Source of the DNA: Fibrobacter sp.
GTDB taxonomy: Bacteria > Fibrobacterota > Fibrobacteria > Fibrobacterales > Fibrobacteraceae
Direction: 5' to 3'
DNA length: 64,000 nucleotides
NCBI GenBank assembly: GCA_045616805.1
Contig: JAZLHK010000052.1
Span: forward strand, 23,140-87,139
Made by a program: the position numbers and the translations under genes. The notes under the pieces were generated by a model. It did not search any database. It was not told the DNA's origin and was given only the letters and a program-made list of their open reading frames with translations. This document shows, piece by piece, positions 55,400-64,000 of the stretch. Each line of letters opens with the position of its first letter. Position 1 is the stretch's first letter.

Positions 55400-56191
55400 T
55401 CAATGATTTACGGTATTCACCAACACATCATGTAGCAGGCCATTGCTGAAGATGACTTGCTCTGCGTCCACAAACTGCATCTCGGAGCCATCAATATGCG
55501 TAGATTTACCGCCAGCCTCCTCCACAAGGAGGGCTATAGCAGCAATATCCCAGGGATAGCTCATGGTCATGACAAAGCAGTCCAGGCGACCGCAAGCAGT
55601 AAAGCAGCCTTCAATGACAGCAGACCCCAGGCACTTGACACGTTCAAAGGCAATCGCCTCCGCTGCAAAATTCCTGGAGTTATGGGCGTTGATCTTCTGG
55701 GTGTCACCAACATTAAAGTCTCCATTGCTGACAATTGCGTGCGTGGGATTGTCCTCTCGACTCACATGAACCGGATTTCCGTTCATAAAGGTGCCTTGCC
55801 CCTTTACCGCAGTAAATATTTCCCCAAGTTTAGGAAGATTGACGACAGCAACTAAAGGTTTTCCCTCAAAATGAAGAGCAATGGAAATGCCCCACAGGGG
55901 AATGCCGCGACTGAAATTCACGGTACCATCCACAGGATCAATAATCCAACGATAACGAGGGTCGGAACCATCAATAATTCCAGCCTCCTCCGTACGGATG
56001 GAATGAGACGGGAATGCCGCCCGAAGCCCGTCAACAATTAGTTTTTCGCTGGTAACGTCAGCGATGGTTACCACATCCTTTACGGACTTGTATTTCACAT
56101 CACCCAGATTTTTCTGCAAATCCAGGCAAACCTTCCCCGCCTTTATGGCCAAATCCCTGGCAACTTCTAAAAATACGGAACAATCCTGCAT
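55400..56191 (-). CDS. Inositol monophosphatase family protein
   Basis: WIIDPVDGTVNF and WDIAA motifs. 263 aa. Confidence 0.85.
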   Translation of the reverse strand: MQDCSVFLEVARDLAIKAGKVCLDLQKNLGDVKYKSVKDVVTIADVTSEKLIVDGLRAAFPSHSIRTEEAGIIDGSDPRYRWIIDPVDGTVNFSRGIPLWGISIALHFEGKPLVAVVNLPKLGEIFTAVKGQGTFMNGNPVHVSREDNPTHAIVSNGDFNVGDTQKINAHNSRNFAAEAIAFERVKCLGSAVIEGCFTACGRLDCFVMTMSYPWDIAAIALLVEEAGGKSTHIDGSEMQFVDAEQVIFSNGLLHDVLVNTVNH

Positions 56192-56389
56192 TTATTTTTC
56201 CTCTCTTTTTACGGAAATTTACTAACTGAACTAGCCTTTTTACACCCTTCGTAAGCGAATAATCCTCAATTCCTGCACCTCATCTTTTTTTTGTGATTTT
56301 TTTTACTTTCTCTTTGCAAGAACCCTACAGACTTTTTAAATTTGAGGCGTGTAACACACAACTCGTTCTATTAATAAGGAGAATAGAAG

Positions 56390-58069
56390 ATGAAATCCAT
56401 GAAGCTTTCTGCAATCGCTCTCGGCCTCGTTGCCGCCAGCGCATTTGCACAGAATGCCGCTCCCGCAGCAGCACCCGCTGCAGCACCCGCACAACCCGCC
56501 GCAGCAGCACCTGCAGCTCAGCCCGCACCGGCTGCCGCTCCTGCCGCTGAAGCTCCGAAGGCTGAAGCCGCTCCTGCAGCACAGGCAGCACCCGCCGCAG
56601 CACCTGCTGCACAGCCTGCAGCTCCTGTTGCCAACGCAGACTCCGTAAAGGCTGCTGAAGAAGCCAAGAAGGCTGAAGAAGAAAAGGCCGCCGCCGAAGC
56701 TAAGAAGGCTGAAGAAGAAAAGGCCGCCGCCGAAGCAAAGAAGGCCGAAGAAGAAAAGGCCGCCGCTGAAGCCAAGAAGGCTGAAGAAGCTAAGACTGCT
56801 GAAGCTCAGAAGACCGAAGCCGCTCCTGCAGAAAACACCAATCCGGGTGAAGTTGCAAACGCAGCAGGCAACGCTCTTGACGCTCTCAAGGCTAGCATGA
56901 ACGAAGAAACTTCCAAGGCAAGCATGGAAGTGAAGTTCTCTGGCGAAGTTGAATTCGACGCCTACACCAACGACGTTCTCGCTGATGACGATCTCAGACA
57001 CTCCTATGCAACTACCGCCGACCTCAACATCGACGTGAAGTTCAACGAAAAGTGGTCTGCATACTTGGGAATTGAAGCTGACGCCGACAACGAAGCCCCG
57101 GGCTTTGGCTACAATGGCGCATACGTTCAGTACAAGCCGGCTGATTTCTTCGCCGTCAAGCTGGGCGACCTGACCTTCAGTGAAGGTGCATTCCAGGCAT
57201 ACTATGGCTACGATGATCCGACCTACGATGCTGCTGGCATGAAGGAACACGACATCCGCGGTCTCGAAATCGATCTGGCGGGTCTCGAACTCGGCATCGG
57301 TTTCGGCCGTAATGGCAATGACTACTACGGTAAGGGCGGCGCTAACTGCGATGGTCTCGAAGGTGACGACAAGGACTTCTGCGAAGACTTGAACAAGAAG
57401 TTCGCCGGCATTTCCACCTCTCGTAACATCTACAACGCTCATATGGCATACGAATTCAACTATGCCGGTCAGCACCTCCGTCCGTATGTTGACTACAAGT
57501 CCTATCAGCAGGCAGAACACAACGAACTGCACGCTGGTATCGATGCAGGCCTCACCATCGGTGGCTTCAGCTTCCGTGCTGTGTATGGCTTCCACGCAGA
57601 CTTCCTGGGTGACGACGACGAAAGCGTCAGCGCCTACGGTGAAGTCAACAATGCAAAGAAGAAGAATGCAGACGTAACTTCTGCTGCTCACACCATCTTG
57701 GCTGAACCGACCTTCGATGTCAGCATGTTCCAGATCAAGACCTCCTTCTTCTATGCAATCATTGATGATGGTGACAATGGCAACCAGGAATATGCCGGTG
57801 AAATTCCGGAATACATGTTCATCTATGCTGAACCGGCCCTCAAGCTGGCTGGCTTCATCAAGCTGGGCATTCCTGTTGAATACCACACCAACACTCTGAA
57901 CGACGACGAAAGCATCGAAACCCTCGACGTTGGCGGTCGTTTCTACCTGTCCCCGGTTGAAAACCTGGACATCACCGCCTTCGGCATGGTTGACATTCCG
58001 ATGGGTGACGACAACGACAATGACGACACCGCACTTCGCTTCGGTGTTGAAACCGTATTCTCCTTCTAA
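56390..58069 (+). CDS. Porin-like outer-membrane protein with an Ala/Pro-rich and E/K-rich N-terminal region (paralog of 23431-24840)
   Basis: RBS AAGGAG. Signal peptide ...AASAFA. An AP-rich segment is followed by AAAEAKKAEEEK repeats, then about 400 aa that are beta-rich. The protein ends ...VETVFSF (aromatic C-terminus). Confidence 0.65.
   Translation: MKSMKLSAIALGLVAASAFAQNAAPAAAPAAAPAQPAAAAPAAQPAPAAAPAAEAPKAEAAPAAQAAPAAAPAAQPAAPVANADSVKAAEEAKKAEEEKAAAEAKKAEEEKAAAEAKKAEEEKAAAEAKKAEEAKTAEAQKTEAAPAENTNPGEVANAAGNALDALKASMNEETSKASMEVKFSGEVEFDAYTNDVLADDDLRHSYATTADLNIDVKFNEKWSAYLGIEADADNEAPGFGYNGAYVQYKPADFFAVKLGDLTFSEGAFQAYYGYDDPTYDAAGMKEHDIRGLEIDLAGLELGIGFGRNGNDYYGKGGANCDGLEGDDKDFCEDLNKKFAGISTSRNIYNAHMAYEFNYAGQHLRPYVDYKSYQQAEHNELHAGIDAGLTIGGFSFRAVYGFHADFLGDDDESVSAYGEVNNAKKKNADVTSAAHTILAEPTFDVSMFQIKTSFFYAIIDDGDNGNQEYAGEIPEYMFIYAEPALKLAGFIKLGIPVEYHTNTLNDDESIETLDVGGRFYLSPVENLDITAFGMVDIPMGDDNDNDDTALRFGVETVFSF
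56660..56790 (+). repeat. In-frame 36-nt tandem repeat (about 3.6 units) encoding EAKKAEEEKAAA
   Basis: Units at 56660-56695, 56696-56731 and 56732-56767, plus a partial unit. Confidence 0.9.
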
Positions 58070-58110
58070 GATAAGCACGAACACCAGTTCGTCATCTTAA
58101 AAGACTAAAA

Positions 58111-58145
58111 GAGCCCCGGTCCTATGGACCGGGACTCTTTGTTTT
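58111..58145 (+). terminator. Rho-independent terminator
   Basis: GAGCCCCGGTCC-TAT-GGACCGGGACTC followed by TTTGTTTT. Confidence 0.85.
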
Positions 58146-58165
58146 GAGCACAAGTTCAGATTAAT

Positions 58166-58192
58166 TAAAAAAGCAGGCGATTCCTCGCCCGC
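58166..58192 (-). terminator. Rho-independent terminator for the 58215-59162 gene
   Basis: On the minus strand, GCGGGCGA-GGAA-TCGCCTGC is followed by TTTTTT. Confidence 0.75.
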
Positions 58193-58214
58193 TTTTCCTT
58201 GTTTGCAAAAGCAT

Positions 58215-59162
58215 CTAGAACTTGATGGGATAAAGCAAGTACCACCGAACTTCAGGATAGACCTGAACCGTCGGTGCGGGGAACTTGAAGTAGTTCAAGT
58301 AACGAACCAACTGGCGGGCAATTCTACTCTGCGGTCTAAAGGCTTCCAGGTCATAGTCCAATGCGATGTAGACTTCTCGGTGAGGAGTGCCTTCATAATT
58401 CTTGATAAAGACGCCCTCGTCAATGCTCAAGCCGGCAGCGAATGCTAGCCAGCTAGGGTAGAACCTGCGAGCGCCAGAAGGCAATAGGCGATAAGGTTTA
58501 AAAGACGCCCAGAATGTCTGGTTCACATAGTCGTCCGTAAAAATACCGTCGGAAGCCTGGTGATTTTGTCTGTAATAAACCTTAGTATTGATCCAGTAGC
58601 TCCACTTCAAGTCCACATACTTGAACAGGGGCACATAACGTTCCGCCATAGGCAAGAAACCGCCCAGGGAACCGGAAAGAACATCAAAAATGCTAAAGCC
58701 CCAACTGGGAGCAAATCCGTCCTTGATATCAATGGCGATGTGAGTGGACATGGCAGAAAGACCAGCCAACAGATAGGAATAGAATTCAGGAACACCGGCC
58801 CAGAAATAACCTTCGTAGAAGAATTCACCCAGCGCCACGCCAGCCGCGAAATGCCCTAGTTTATCCAGGTTCAGAGCGTAGTCAAAATCATTTTCAAAAT
58901 GAAAGTCGTTGCCGTTTTCACCCCACCAGCCCTTATCAAATACAAGCCAGTAGGCAGCTCCATAGGCAATCAACGTGGTGGAAGCAACCCCCGTCAACTT
59001 TAAAGCGCTAAATTCCTTATTGGCGTCTTCAGGATCTTCTGTACGGTAGTCCCAGGTGGAATCGCGCCAGGTCAGAGGATCGCCAGGAGCGGCGTTCACC
59101 AAGCAAGCGCAAGCCAGAGAACCAGCAAGAATATGTTTAAGAGACTTCTTCACGGTTATCAA
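58215..59162 (-). CDS. Hypothetical exported/membrane protein (possibly DUF2279-like)
   Basis: 315 aa with a signal-like N-terminus ...SLACACLVNAA. Rich in aromatic residues. LDKLGHFAAG motif. The family assignment is tentative. Confidence 0.4.
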   Translation of the reverse strand: MITVKKSLKHILAGSLACACLVNAAPGDPLTWRDSTWDYRTEDPEDANKEFSALKLTGVASTTLIAYGAAYWLVFDKGWWGENGNDFHFENDFDYALNLDKLGHFAAGVALGEFFYEGYFWAGVPEFYSYLLAGLSAMSTHIAIDIKDGFAPSWGFSIFDVLSGSLGGFLPMAERYVPLFKYVDLKWSYWINTKVYYRQNHQASDGIFTDDYVNQTFWASFKPYRLLPSGARRFYPSWLAFAAGLSIDEGVFIKNYEGTPHREVYIALDYDLEAFRPQSRIARQLVRYLNYFKFPAPTVQVYPEVRWYLLYPIKF

Positions 59163-59193
59163 AAATAGAAAAACGCCCGCTCAATGCGGGCGT
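59161..59193 (-). terminator. Rho-independent terminator after fabF
   Basis: On the minus strand, ACGCCCGC-ATTGA-GCGGGCGT is followed by TTTTTCTATTTTT. Confidence 0.8.
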
Positions 59194-59216
59194 CTTCCTG
59201 AAAATTGGATTTTTCC

Positions 59217-60446
59217 TTAGTCCTTGGCGAGAAGAACAACGCTGTTGTGGCCACCGAAACCGAAGCCATCGGACATGGCGTAGCGGAAGGAGTGGCTGGT
59301 GTTCTTGTTGGCGCAAACGTCAAAGTGGATGCGTTCGTCCTGGTTGAACACGTTGGTAGTAGCGTGGATCATCTGGTTCTGGAGGCTCTTGATGGTGATG
59401 ATAGCTTCGAGAGCACCAGCAGCACCGAGAGCATGACCGATCATGCACTTGGAAGAGTTGATCTTGAGAGAGTCACGGAGACCAAACACCTTTTCGAGAG
59501 CAGAGCATTCAGCAACGTCTCCCAGCGGAGTAGAAGTACCGTGGGTATTGACATAGCCAACTTCGGAAGCGGCAATCTTAGCTTCGCGGAGAGCCATTTC
59601 AATAGCCAGACGGACACCTTCACCGTCTTCACGAGGAGCGGACATGTGGTGAGCATCGGCGCTCATGCCAACGCCAGCGATACGGGCGAGAATCTTTGCG
59701 CCACGCTTCTGTGCGTGAGAAAGGCTTTCGAGAACGAGAACGCCAGCACCTTCACCAATGACGAAACCATCGCGGTCAATGTCGAACGGACGGGAAGCGG
59801 TAGTCGGATCATCGTTACGCTTGGAGAGAGCCTTCATGGAGCAGAAGCCAGCGACAGCGACTTCGTTCACAGTTTCATCAGCACCGCCAGCCAGCATGAT
59901 GTCGGCACGGCCAAGACGGATAGCGTCAACGGCGGCTGCGATAGAGTGGTTGGAGGTTGCGCAAGCGGAGGTCACTGCAAAGCAGGGGCCCATCCAGCCA
60001 GTACGGTTGGAAACTTCACCTGCCGGCATGTTGGTAATAGACATGGGGATGAAGAAGGGAGACACGCGGCTAGGACCACGGTTTGCAAGAGCAACGCAGG
60101 ATTCGTTATAAATCTTCATGCCACCGATACCGGAACCGATAATCACACCGGAACGGCTAGGATCTTCTGCAGCGGGATCGATACCAGCATCTGCCAGAGC
60201 CTTGTATGCGGAATAAACGGCATACTGGATAGCGCGAGAGTAACGGGACTGGTCACGAGAACTGAAATATTCGGAACTGTCGAATTCGTTGACAGATGCT
60301 GCAAACTTGGTAACGTATGCAGAGGTGTCAAAGCGATCGATCATGGAAATGCCGGACTTACCAGCCAGCAAATTGTTCCAAAGAAGATCAGGGGTGTTGC
60401 CAAGGGCAGATACACAGCCCATACCGGTGATTACGACTTCTTCCAT
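59217..60446 (-). CDS. fabF: 3-oxoacyl-ACP synthase II
   Basis: Start MEEVVITGMGCVSALG at 60446. Active-site motifs ACATS and HGTSTPLGD are present, and the protein ends GFGGHNSVVLL. Confidence 0.92.
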   Translation of the reverse strand: MEEVVITGMGCVSALGNTPDLLWNNLLAGKSGISMIDRFDTSAYVTKFAASVNEFDSSEYFSSRDQSRYSRAIQYAVYSAYKALADAGIDPAAEDPSRSGVIIGSGIGGMKIYNESCVALANRGPSRVSPFFIPMSITNMPAGEVSNRTGWMGPCFAVTSACATSNHSIAAAVDAIRLGRADIMLAGGADETVNEVAVAGFCSMKALSKRNDDPTTASRPFDIDRDGFVIGEGAGVLVLESLSHAQKRGAKILARIAGVGMSADAHHMSAPREDGEGVRLAIEMALREAKIAASEVGYVNTHGTSTPLGDVAECSALEKVFGLRDSLKINSSKCMIGHALGAAGALEAIITIKSLQNQMIHATTNVFNQDERIHFDVCANKNTSHSFRYAMSDGFGFGGHNSVVLLAKD

Positions 60447-60645
60447 AATTTTATTCCTTCTAAATTTTGCGTGCAAATATAAAAAACGCAAACCTTACTT
60501 AAATGTGATTTTTACCATACTTTAGCAAAAAAACGATAATTGGACAGGTTTTAAGGATAAACTACGTCAATCCTTCTCAACCTAAGGGACTTTAGAAAAA
60601 ATTTACGCTTTTTGACAAGCCCTTTTTTATTAAATTAGACCCGCT

Positions 60646-61200
60646 ATGGTAAGATGGAAAAGTTCCCCGAATCTCGTTTGGATGGACCTGGAAATGTCCG
60701 GTCTTGACCCCGAAAAGGACGTCATTCTCGAAGTAGCCACCATCGTTACCGACGCTAACCTGAGAACCATTACCGAAGGCCCTGTTCTGGCCGTTCACCA
60801 GCCAGAAAACGTCTTCGAAGGCATGGACGACTGGAACACCCGTCACCATACCCAAAGCGGCCTTGTGGACCGCTGCCGCAAGTCAAAACTGACCGTAGAA
60901 GATTGCGAAAAAATGGTTCTGGACCTAATTAAGCCCTACACAGAAAAGGGTGGCAATCTTCTGTGCGGCAATTCCATCACCCAGGATAGACGTTTTCTCT
61001 ACAAGTACATGCCCAAGCTATCGGCATGGCTCAACTACCGAAACATTGACGTCAGTTCCATCAAGGAACTGAGTTTCCGGTGGTACCCCAACCTGCCCGA
61101 ATTCCAGAAAATGGAAAAACACGAGGCCCTAGAGGACATCCGGGAAAGCATTGCCGAACTAGCCTATTACCGCAAGACTATTTTTAAAGACCGTATTTAA
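60646..61200 (+). CDS. orn: Oligoribonuclease
   Basis: NLVWMDLEMSGLDPEKD... is DEDDh exonuclease-like. 184 aa. Confidence 0.9.
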   Translation: MVRWKSSPNLVWMDLEMSGLDPEKDVILEVATIVTDANLRTITEGPVLAVHQPENVFEGMDDWNTRHHTQSGLVDRCRKSKLTVEDCEKMVLDLIKPYTEKGGNLLCGNSITQDRRFLYKYMPKLSAWLNYRNIDVSSIKELSFRWYPNLPEFQKMEKHEALEDIRESIAELAYYRKTIFKDRI

Positions 61201-61205
61201 GAACA

Positions 61206-62594
61206 ATGACCATCAAGCCCTACATTGAACCCAAGGATAGACTTCCCTATGCCGTGAGAATGCGCAACCGCTGCATTGCAGCCATTGTCTTCGTCATTTT
61301 GTGCGGCATTATAGGATCCTGCATTTTCGGAGACAAGGAAGAACCAAGCCAGAAAGCAGAAGAAACCAAAGAAGCGGCACAAATCGAGACAAGCGAAAAC
61401 ACAGCTCCCGCCGAAGAAGTTGCCAGTTTAGAAGAGAGCTCCCCCGAAGCGAAAGCCTCCATCAACGAAAGCATCATGGACAAGCCAACCGTAGAGGATA
61501 TAGCCTCTACTCAGGCAACCGTCACAGCGGAAGTTTCCCCCGACAATCCTCCTGAAGTGGAAATCATCGACAGCACCCACATCAAGGCGCAGAAAAATGT
61601 CTTCTTGGCAGAAAAGATTGACAACCTGCTCCGTCGCTTCAAGCCAGAAAATGCAATTATCCTGATTGTAGATCCCAAATCCAACGAAATCATCGCCTGG
61701 GGTGAACGCAAGGACAACGCCATACAGAGTAAGCCGGACTATCTTTCCCGCAATACCTTCCCTGCCGCCTCACTGGCAAAGACCATTACCATCGCAGCCG
61801 CCATGGAAAGCAACCGTTATTCGTTGAACAGCGTCATCCCCATGATCGGGCGTGCCCACCACCTGTACAGGAACCAGCTCCGCGTTCCAGAAAACTACCA
61901 CGGCCCCACCGTGGAACTGCAAGACGCCTATGCCCATTCCTACAATCCGCCCCTGGCCTTGATCGGCATGGGTGTCGGTGCTAGCAAGCTGAAGGCAGCA
62001 GCCCACAAGCTTGGATACAACATGAACTATGCCGGAGGGCTGCCAGGCCGTTCCATCTATGCCCCTCCTGATACCGGCTACGGTCTGGCAGAGGCAAGCT
62101 GCGGCTTTACGGAAGCAACCACGCTCTCCCCCCTCCAGGCAGCAGCGCAGGTTCGAGCAATTCTCATGAAGAAGCCCCTGGAAATTCCCTGGGCATCCAA
62201 TCTTGATGGCTACGCTCCTAAGACACGTCTAGCTCTTGACGTAGGAACCTTCAGCGAAAATACCTACTACGGCCTCCGTCAGGCTATGCTACGTTCCGTA
62301 ACCCACGGTACTGCCCACAAGAACGTCTCTACAAAGAACATGGCCCGCAAGAATTACGACGCACTGTACATCGGCGGAAAGACAGGCTCCCTGGATGGCT
62401 CCGATCCCAAGGGTCGTTATGACTGGTTTATGGGTTTTGCCCAGTCCAAGGAAGACCCGAACAACGCCATTGTCATTGTTGTCCTGCAAATCTACGACAA
62501 TCAGGGGTTAAGGCCTCAGCCCACAACTCAGGTTACCGCAATGCTCATCAACTACTGGGCACACCAGAACGTGACGAATAAGAGTAGGAAGTAG
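61206..62594 (+). CDS. Penicillin-binding-protein-type transpeptidase domain protein
   Basis: N-terminal TM segment. SxxK (ASLAK), SxN (SYN) and KTG (GGKTGS) motifs in order. Confidence 0.75.
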   Translation: MTIKPYIEPKDRLPYAVRMRNRCIAAIVFVILCGIIGSCIFGDKEEPSQKAEETKEAAQIETSENTAPAEEVASLEESSPEAKASINESIMDKPTVEDIASTQATVTAEVSPDNPPEVEIIDSTHIKAQKNVFLAEKIDNLLRRFKPENAIILIVDPKSNEIIAWGERKDNAIQSKPDYLSRNTFPAASLAKTITIAAAMESNRYSLNSVIPMIGRAHHLYRNQLRVPENYHGPTVELQDAYAHSYNPPLALIGMGVGASKLKAAAHKLGYNMNYAGGLPGRSIYAPPDTGYGLAEASCGFTEATTLSPLQAAAQVRAILMKKPLEIPWASNLDGYAPKTRLALDVGTFSENTYYGLRQAMLRSVTHGTAHKNVSTKNMARKNYDALYIGGKTGSLDGSDPKGRYDWFMGFAQSKEDPNNAIVIVVLQIYDNQGLRPQPTTQVTAMLINYWAHQNVTNKSRK

Positions 62595-62660
62595 GAAGTA
62601 GACAGTAGACAGTAGACAGTAGGCAGTAGACAGTTGGCAGTGGTTAGTGCTTAGTGGTTA
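62584..62660 (+). repeat. Heptad array (GTAGRMA type) that includes the last codons and stop of the PBP-like gene
   Basis: TAG at 62585, 62592 (the stop codon), 62599, 62606, 62613, 62620 and 62627. It then decays to GTTGGCA GTGGTTA GTGCTTA GTGGTTA. Confidence 0.92.
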
Positions 62661-62678
62661 TTTTGAAAAGGAGAAAAA

Positions 62679-63557
62679 ATGGAATTGTCTTGGTGGAATC
62701 TGATCCCCACATACTTTGACGGCACAGCATTCTCTGTCGGCGACTTTCAAGTTCGCTGGTACGGAATGATGTACATCTTCGCCTTCGTTACGGCATACAT
62801 TACCATGTGGCACATCAACAAGAAAGAGAAGATGGGCTACACCAAGGAACAGTTTGACAGCCTCTACACCTGGATTATCGCAGGCATCATTCTCGGCGCT
62901 CGCCTTGGCTACGTATTTTTCTACAAGGCCAGTTACTACCTAGCCAACCCCACCGAAATTATTTTACCCATGACCCACGACGCTCTAGGCTACCATTTCA
63001 CGGGCATTTCCGGAATGAGCTACCACGGCGGTTTAATCCTTGGCACGATTTTCACCATTATCGGCTTGAAACGAAACAAGATAAATGTTTGGCAAGGTCT
63101 AAATCTTTGCTTCCTTGCCGCCCCTCTAGCCTACACCTGGGGCCGTTGGGGAAATTTCATTAACGGAGAACTGTTTGGCGAAGTTACAACAAGCCCCATA
63201 GGCATGTACTTCCCCCTTGCACACGACAGTCCCATCACCAACCCCATTCTCCATCATCCTTCTCAGTTGTATGAAATGACTTTTGAGGGAATCATTCTTT
63301 TCGTCATTCTGTACAACCTGCGCAAGATTCCAAAACTGCGCGACAAGATGCCCTGCCTGTATTTGATGGGCTACGGGATTTTCCGTTTCTTCATTGAATT
63401 TTTCCGCAAGTCCGACGCTCACCTGGGACGCAACGACCTGTTCGGCATGAGCCGTGGTCAAACCCTCTGCAGTGTCATGATCTTGGCTGGAATCATCTGG
63501 ATGGTCGTCATCATCTATAGACAAAAGAAAAAAGACACCGCCAACAAATCGGAATAA
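62679..63557 (+). CDS. lgt: Prolipoprotein diacylglyceryl transferase
   Basis: FQVRWYGMMYIFAF... and GRWGNFINGELFG motifs. 292 aa. Confidence 0.92.
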   Translation: MELSWWNLIPTYFDGTAFSVGDFQVRWYGMMYIFAFVTAYITMWHINKKEKMGYTKEQFDSLYTWIIAGIILGARLGYVFFYKASYYLANPTEIILPMTHDALGYHFTGISGMSYHGGLILGTIFTIIGLKRNKINVWQGLNLCFLAAPLAYTWGRWGNFINGELFGEVTTSPIGMYFPLAHDSPITNPILHHPSQLYEMTFEGIILFVILYNLRKIPKLRDKMPCLYLMGYGIFRFFIEFFRKSDAHLGRNDLFGMSRGQTLCSVMILAGIIWMVVIIYRQKKKDTANKSE

Positions 63558-63597
63558 ACAGTCTTTTTATTAGGAAAGGCGAACGAAGAATTTCCCA

Positions 63598-63628
63598 TAA
63601 AAAAGAGCCCCACAGGGCTCTTTTTTTC
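63598..63628. terminator. Bidirectional terminator between lgt and the convergent PmbA/TldD gene
   Basis: AGAGCCC-CACA-GGGCTCT flanked by A-rich and T-rich runs. Confidence 0.85.
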
Positions 63629-63647
63629 ATTTTCGCTTCAAGCAAAA

Positions 63648-64000
63648 CTACTGGCTTACGCTCAGTTCACTTACAGCCAATGCGGGAACCATATAGGTAC
63701 TGAACGGATCGCGATATTCGTTTCCTACATCCACAATGTTGTTCATTATGTCAAAGAAGTTTCCACTGAGGGTGACTCCATCCACAGGATGCTGGATTAC
63801 ACCATTTTCACACCAGAATCCGTGAGCACCCATGCTCAGTTCACCACTAACGGCGTTGCAGCCCGAACCACCCTCCAGGCGGACCACAAGCAGGCACTTG
63901 GGGAACAGTTTCAGAAGATCTGCCGTAGAAAGGGCGCCAGCAGGCACCAGCAGGTTGTTGAAAGAAGTTCCCATCTTGCTACCGAAATCACGGGCGCCGT
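63648..64000 (-). CDS. PmbA/TldD-family metalloprotease, C-terminal part (truncated by the window edge)
   Basis: ...GGSGCNAVSGELSMGAHGFWCENGVIQHPVDGVTLSGNFFD... is typical of the PmbA/TldD C-terminus. Confidence 0.7.
   Translation of the reverse strand, partial: GARDFGSKMGTSFNNLLVPAGALSTADLLKLFPKCLLVVRLEGGSGCNAVSGELSMGAHGFWCENGVIQHPVDGVTLSGNFFDIMNNIVDVGNEYRDPFSTYMVPALAVSELSVSQ

Overview
This looks like a chromosomal window from a Fibrobacter-like genome. That call is an inference from three things recalled from memory: a circularly permuted GH16 lichenase closely resembling the F. succinogenes enzyme, three lipoproteins carrying the 'Fibrobacter succinogenes major paralogous domain', and a GH9 cellulase.

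Layout:
- 1-3.0 kb: ssrA (tmRNA, tag AEENYALAA) with its terminator, a roughly 400-bp hairpin-rich non-coding stretch containing partial copies of the ssrA 5' end, and a radical-SAM/DUF4130 DNA-repair-type gene pair.
- 3.0-18.2 kb: a visibly more AT-rich accessory block. It holds a 1208-aa GLUG-type exported protein, a lipoprotein plus putative beta-barrel pair, fused N-terminal fragments of a second radical-SAM gene and a second GntR gene, three tandem lipoproteins, the lichenase, and a GntR/sugar-binding regulator. A repeated GGCTCTGTCAAG...CTTGACASAGCC module punctuates the block.
- 18.3-64 kb: mostly housekeeping genes. These include purO-like, gatB, hisD, cimA-like, a Wzc-type tyrosine kinase, adk, clpC, lolDE, lysS, ruvX, a 1484-aa BcrAD/BadFG activase fusion, an ABC-F ATPase, a DUF2062-DUF1015 fusion, greA, two TatD-family genes, a PAS-GGDEF-EAL protein, gdhA, GH9, an IMPase-family gene, fabF, orn, a PBP-like transpeptidase, lgt and a PmbA/TldD fragment. 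Two paralogous porin-like proteins with Ala/Pro/Glu/Lys-rich N-terminal regions also lie here.

Main finding: at ten sites (eight intergenic loci) the DNA is built from tandem 7-nt units that each carry a stop triplet (NNNTGAG, TTAGTGA, ATTGATG/TTATCAA, GTAGACA). The arrays often come as inverted arms around a GC hairpin. They start at the stop codon of one gene and can run up to the start of the next. I cannot assign them to any described bacterial repeat class.

No CRISPR array, integrase, transposase, reverse transcriptase or tRNA gene was seen.
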